Assembly: GCF_006345805.1 (NCBI RefSeq)
Contig: NW_021827751.1
Coordinates: 1 to 10,071 of the forward strand
Direction of reading: 5' to 3'
Origin: Octopus sinensis
Taxonomy: Eukaryota
Length of the DNA: 10,071 bases
Positions 8,558 to 10,071 of the stretch are shown piece by piece. Each line of letters starts with the position of its first letter. Positions within the stretch are counted from its first letter, which is position 1. A program made the position numbers and the translations under genes. Below the pieces are notes generated by a model. It was not told the origin of the DNA. It saw nothing but the letters and a program-made list of their open reading frames with translations, and made no database searches.

Positions 8558-8930
8558 GTATTGTTTATCATAAACTTTATTTTACATTTCTTGCCCACAA
8601 GAGATTATGTCCAGTCTTTAGAATACCGCTGTATGTCTTCTCAAATCACGATCACAGGAAAAGTTGTTGATAAGAATTACCAACGAAAACAAAACTGGTA
8701 AATATGCACAGGTGCTGCAAATTAAGTTTAATTACCAATAAACATCAACTTGGATGATGCTTTAATCAATCAACAGAGGAAGGGGACCGATCAAACTGAT
8801 TATGTAAACAGAATAGTTTTCCTGCCTATTCCTGTCAGAATCTTTGATACGGAGTATCGAAATTTTAAACCCTTTACACTTATAAAATGTCGAGCAAACT
8901 TTAAAATTTGTCATTATCATTATTGTCAGT

Positions 8931-9085
8931 ATGGGCAGAACTTATGAATCGATTACTATGAAGGAGAAATTAAATATGTTGAATATGCATTTGAACGTGG
9001 CGATAGAGCCAATGTTTGAAACTGGCATAAACAGTACGACAAACTTAAAACTGTGCCTAGTAATAAACAGACAAAGATAAAAACC
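8931..9085 (+). pseudogene. Decayed pogo/Tigger-like transposase N-terminus (Brinker-type HTH DNA-binding region)
   Basis: With one frameshift at ~8973 it reads MGRTYESITMKEKL(K)YVEYAFERGDRA-NV*NWHKQYDKLKTVPSNK. This matches the pogo pattern YTxxFKLKVIEYAExHGNRAA..NVRxWRKQ. The stop TGA (9017-9019) sits at an expected Arg (CGA). Confidence 0.65.
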
Positions 9086-9160
9086 AATCGACTTAATCTG
9101 TTTGTCTGTCCTTGTTTGTCCCATCTGTGTGTAGCCCCTTGTGGGCAGTAAAAAAATAAG
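9086..9160 (+). mobile_element. 3' tail fragment of an interspersed repeat, probably a SINE (family D)
   Basis: 9109-9157 matches the reverse complement of 10023-10071 at 46/49 positions; ends in an A-rich tail. Confidence 0.75.
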
Positions 9161-9162
9161 AA

Positions 9163-9452
9163 TGTACTGGGTACTTTTGTATGTGGCACTGGCACAGGTA
9201 TGTTTACCTAGCACCAATACCCACGAGTCTACAAGATTAGGATCAGTCAGCTAAAGAGGGATCTAGGGGACATGCCTGTATGCAAGGACAACCACAGTTT
9301 CACTTGTCTTGAAGCGTCTTCTCAAGCACAACAAACTGTCAGGAGTCTTGGTCCCTTGTCATACCCTCTGTGAAGGTCAATGTTTGAAGATCCTTTCTCA
9401 CCCCTTTGTCCCATGTCTTCCTGGGTCTACCCCTTCCACATGTTCCCTCCAA
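9163..9452 (-). mobile_element. RTE-clade LINE fragment: ORF C-terminus plus part of the 3' UTR
   Basis: 9452->9300 translates LEGTCGRGRPRKTWDKGVRKDLQTLTFTEGMTRDQDS*QFVVLEKTLQDK*, with the GRGRP-KTW...V..D...D...W signature of RTE ORF ends. Internal TGA at 9339-9341 where Trp is expected. 9163-9197 is homologous to the (GAT)n-tailed copies. Confidence 0.88.
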
Positions 9453-9622
9453 CAATTTTCAAATTTTGCTCTACCAGTTGTAACTTCTCACATTCTCCAT
9501 TTGGCCTGTCTCTTATAACCATTGTTCCATTCATGCTATTTCAGTTACTCTGTTTTGTCTTCTCAGCTACTATCCAACTGTTTTTTTCTCCCATATTTCT
9601 TCCTCAATCATCTTATTTCTTG

Positions 9623-10023
9623 CTAGCAGTATCGCCCGGCGTTGCTCGGGTTTGTAAGGGAAATAACTATATAAGCATTTTTAGATAGTTATAGCCAAAA
9701 AATAGCAAAAAAATGCATTAAAAATGGAAATAAAAATTATGGTAAATTTTTTTTAAATCGTTGACTCATTGTAGACATTTTTAGAGAGTTACTTCCCTTA
9801 TATAATAGCGAAAAAAATTCATTAAAATGGAAAAAAATGATGGTAAATTTTTTTTAAATCGTAGACTCATTGTAGACGTGCGCTAATACCCAGAAGGGCT
9901 CGATATGAATCACGACTATAAGATACCCGGTTTTAGTTAAACTGCACCGCAAAATGTGGGAGTAGTTAGGAATCTAAATTGTTGGAGACAGACAGCACAC
10001 AACTTGACTTTTATATATAAAGA
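9623..10023 (-). mobile_element. Complete non-autonomous Helitron (~401 bp)
   Basis: Minus strand begins A|TCTTTATATATAAAAG and ends CCCGAGCAACGCCGGG-8 nt-CTAG (hairpin at 9635-9650, CTAG at 9623-9626). No TSD or TIR. The 3' flank is C rather than the canonical T. Confidence 0.85.
9676..9876. repeat. Two ~100-bp tandem units inside the Helitron
   Basis: 9676-9775 and 9776-9876 both run CATTTTTAGA.AGTTA...AATAGC..AAAAT.CATTAAAA..TGGAAA...ATGGTAAATTTTTTTTAAATCGT.GACTCATTGTAGA. Confidence 0.9.
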
Positions 10024-10071
10024 TTTCTTTACTGCCCACAAGGGGCTACACACAGAAGGGTCAAACAAGGA
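10024..10071 (-). mobile_element. 3' tail of a family D repeat, running off the window end
   Basis: Inverted copy of 9109-9156. Confidence 0.75.

Noticed and set aside
8658-8697. 40-nt plus-strand micro-exon (CACAG|GAAAAG...CTG|GTAAAT)
   Set aside because: Weak polypyrimidine tract, probably inside a transposon relic, and cannot be joined to the other candidates into a coherent gene.

Overview
Repeat-dense, AT-rich eukaryotic non-coding DNA (intronic or intergenic). The repeat families resemble those I recall from octopus (coleoid cephalopod) genomes; that assignment is inference. No intact protein-coding gene is supported, and almost all supplied ORFs are read-throughs of microsatellites. 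Contents: (1) long simple repeats; (2) two full-length tRNA-derived SINEs with target-site duplications (5191-5514, 6470-6856) that share a ~175-bp 3' module but differ in head and middle; (3) a third CORE-like SINE and two inverted tails of a fourth family; (4) an RTE-type LINE 3' fragment with a readable ORF C-terminus, plus three (GAT)n-tailed 3'-end copies; (5) a complete ~400-bp non-autonomous Helitron; (6) a decayed pogo/Tigger-like transposase N-terminus missed by the ORF track. The most unusual structure is a pair of mutually reverse-complementary triplet arrays (4164-5129 and 5779-6219). One has a ~281-bp higher-order period. The other is bracketed by good splice signals and reads as an Ala/Thr polymer. 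I see no convincing new biological system; the findings are testable hypotheses.
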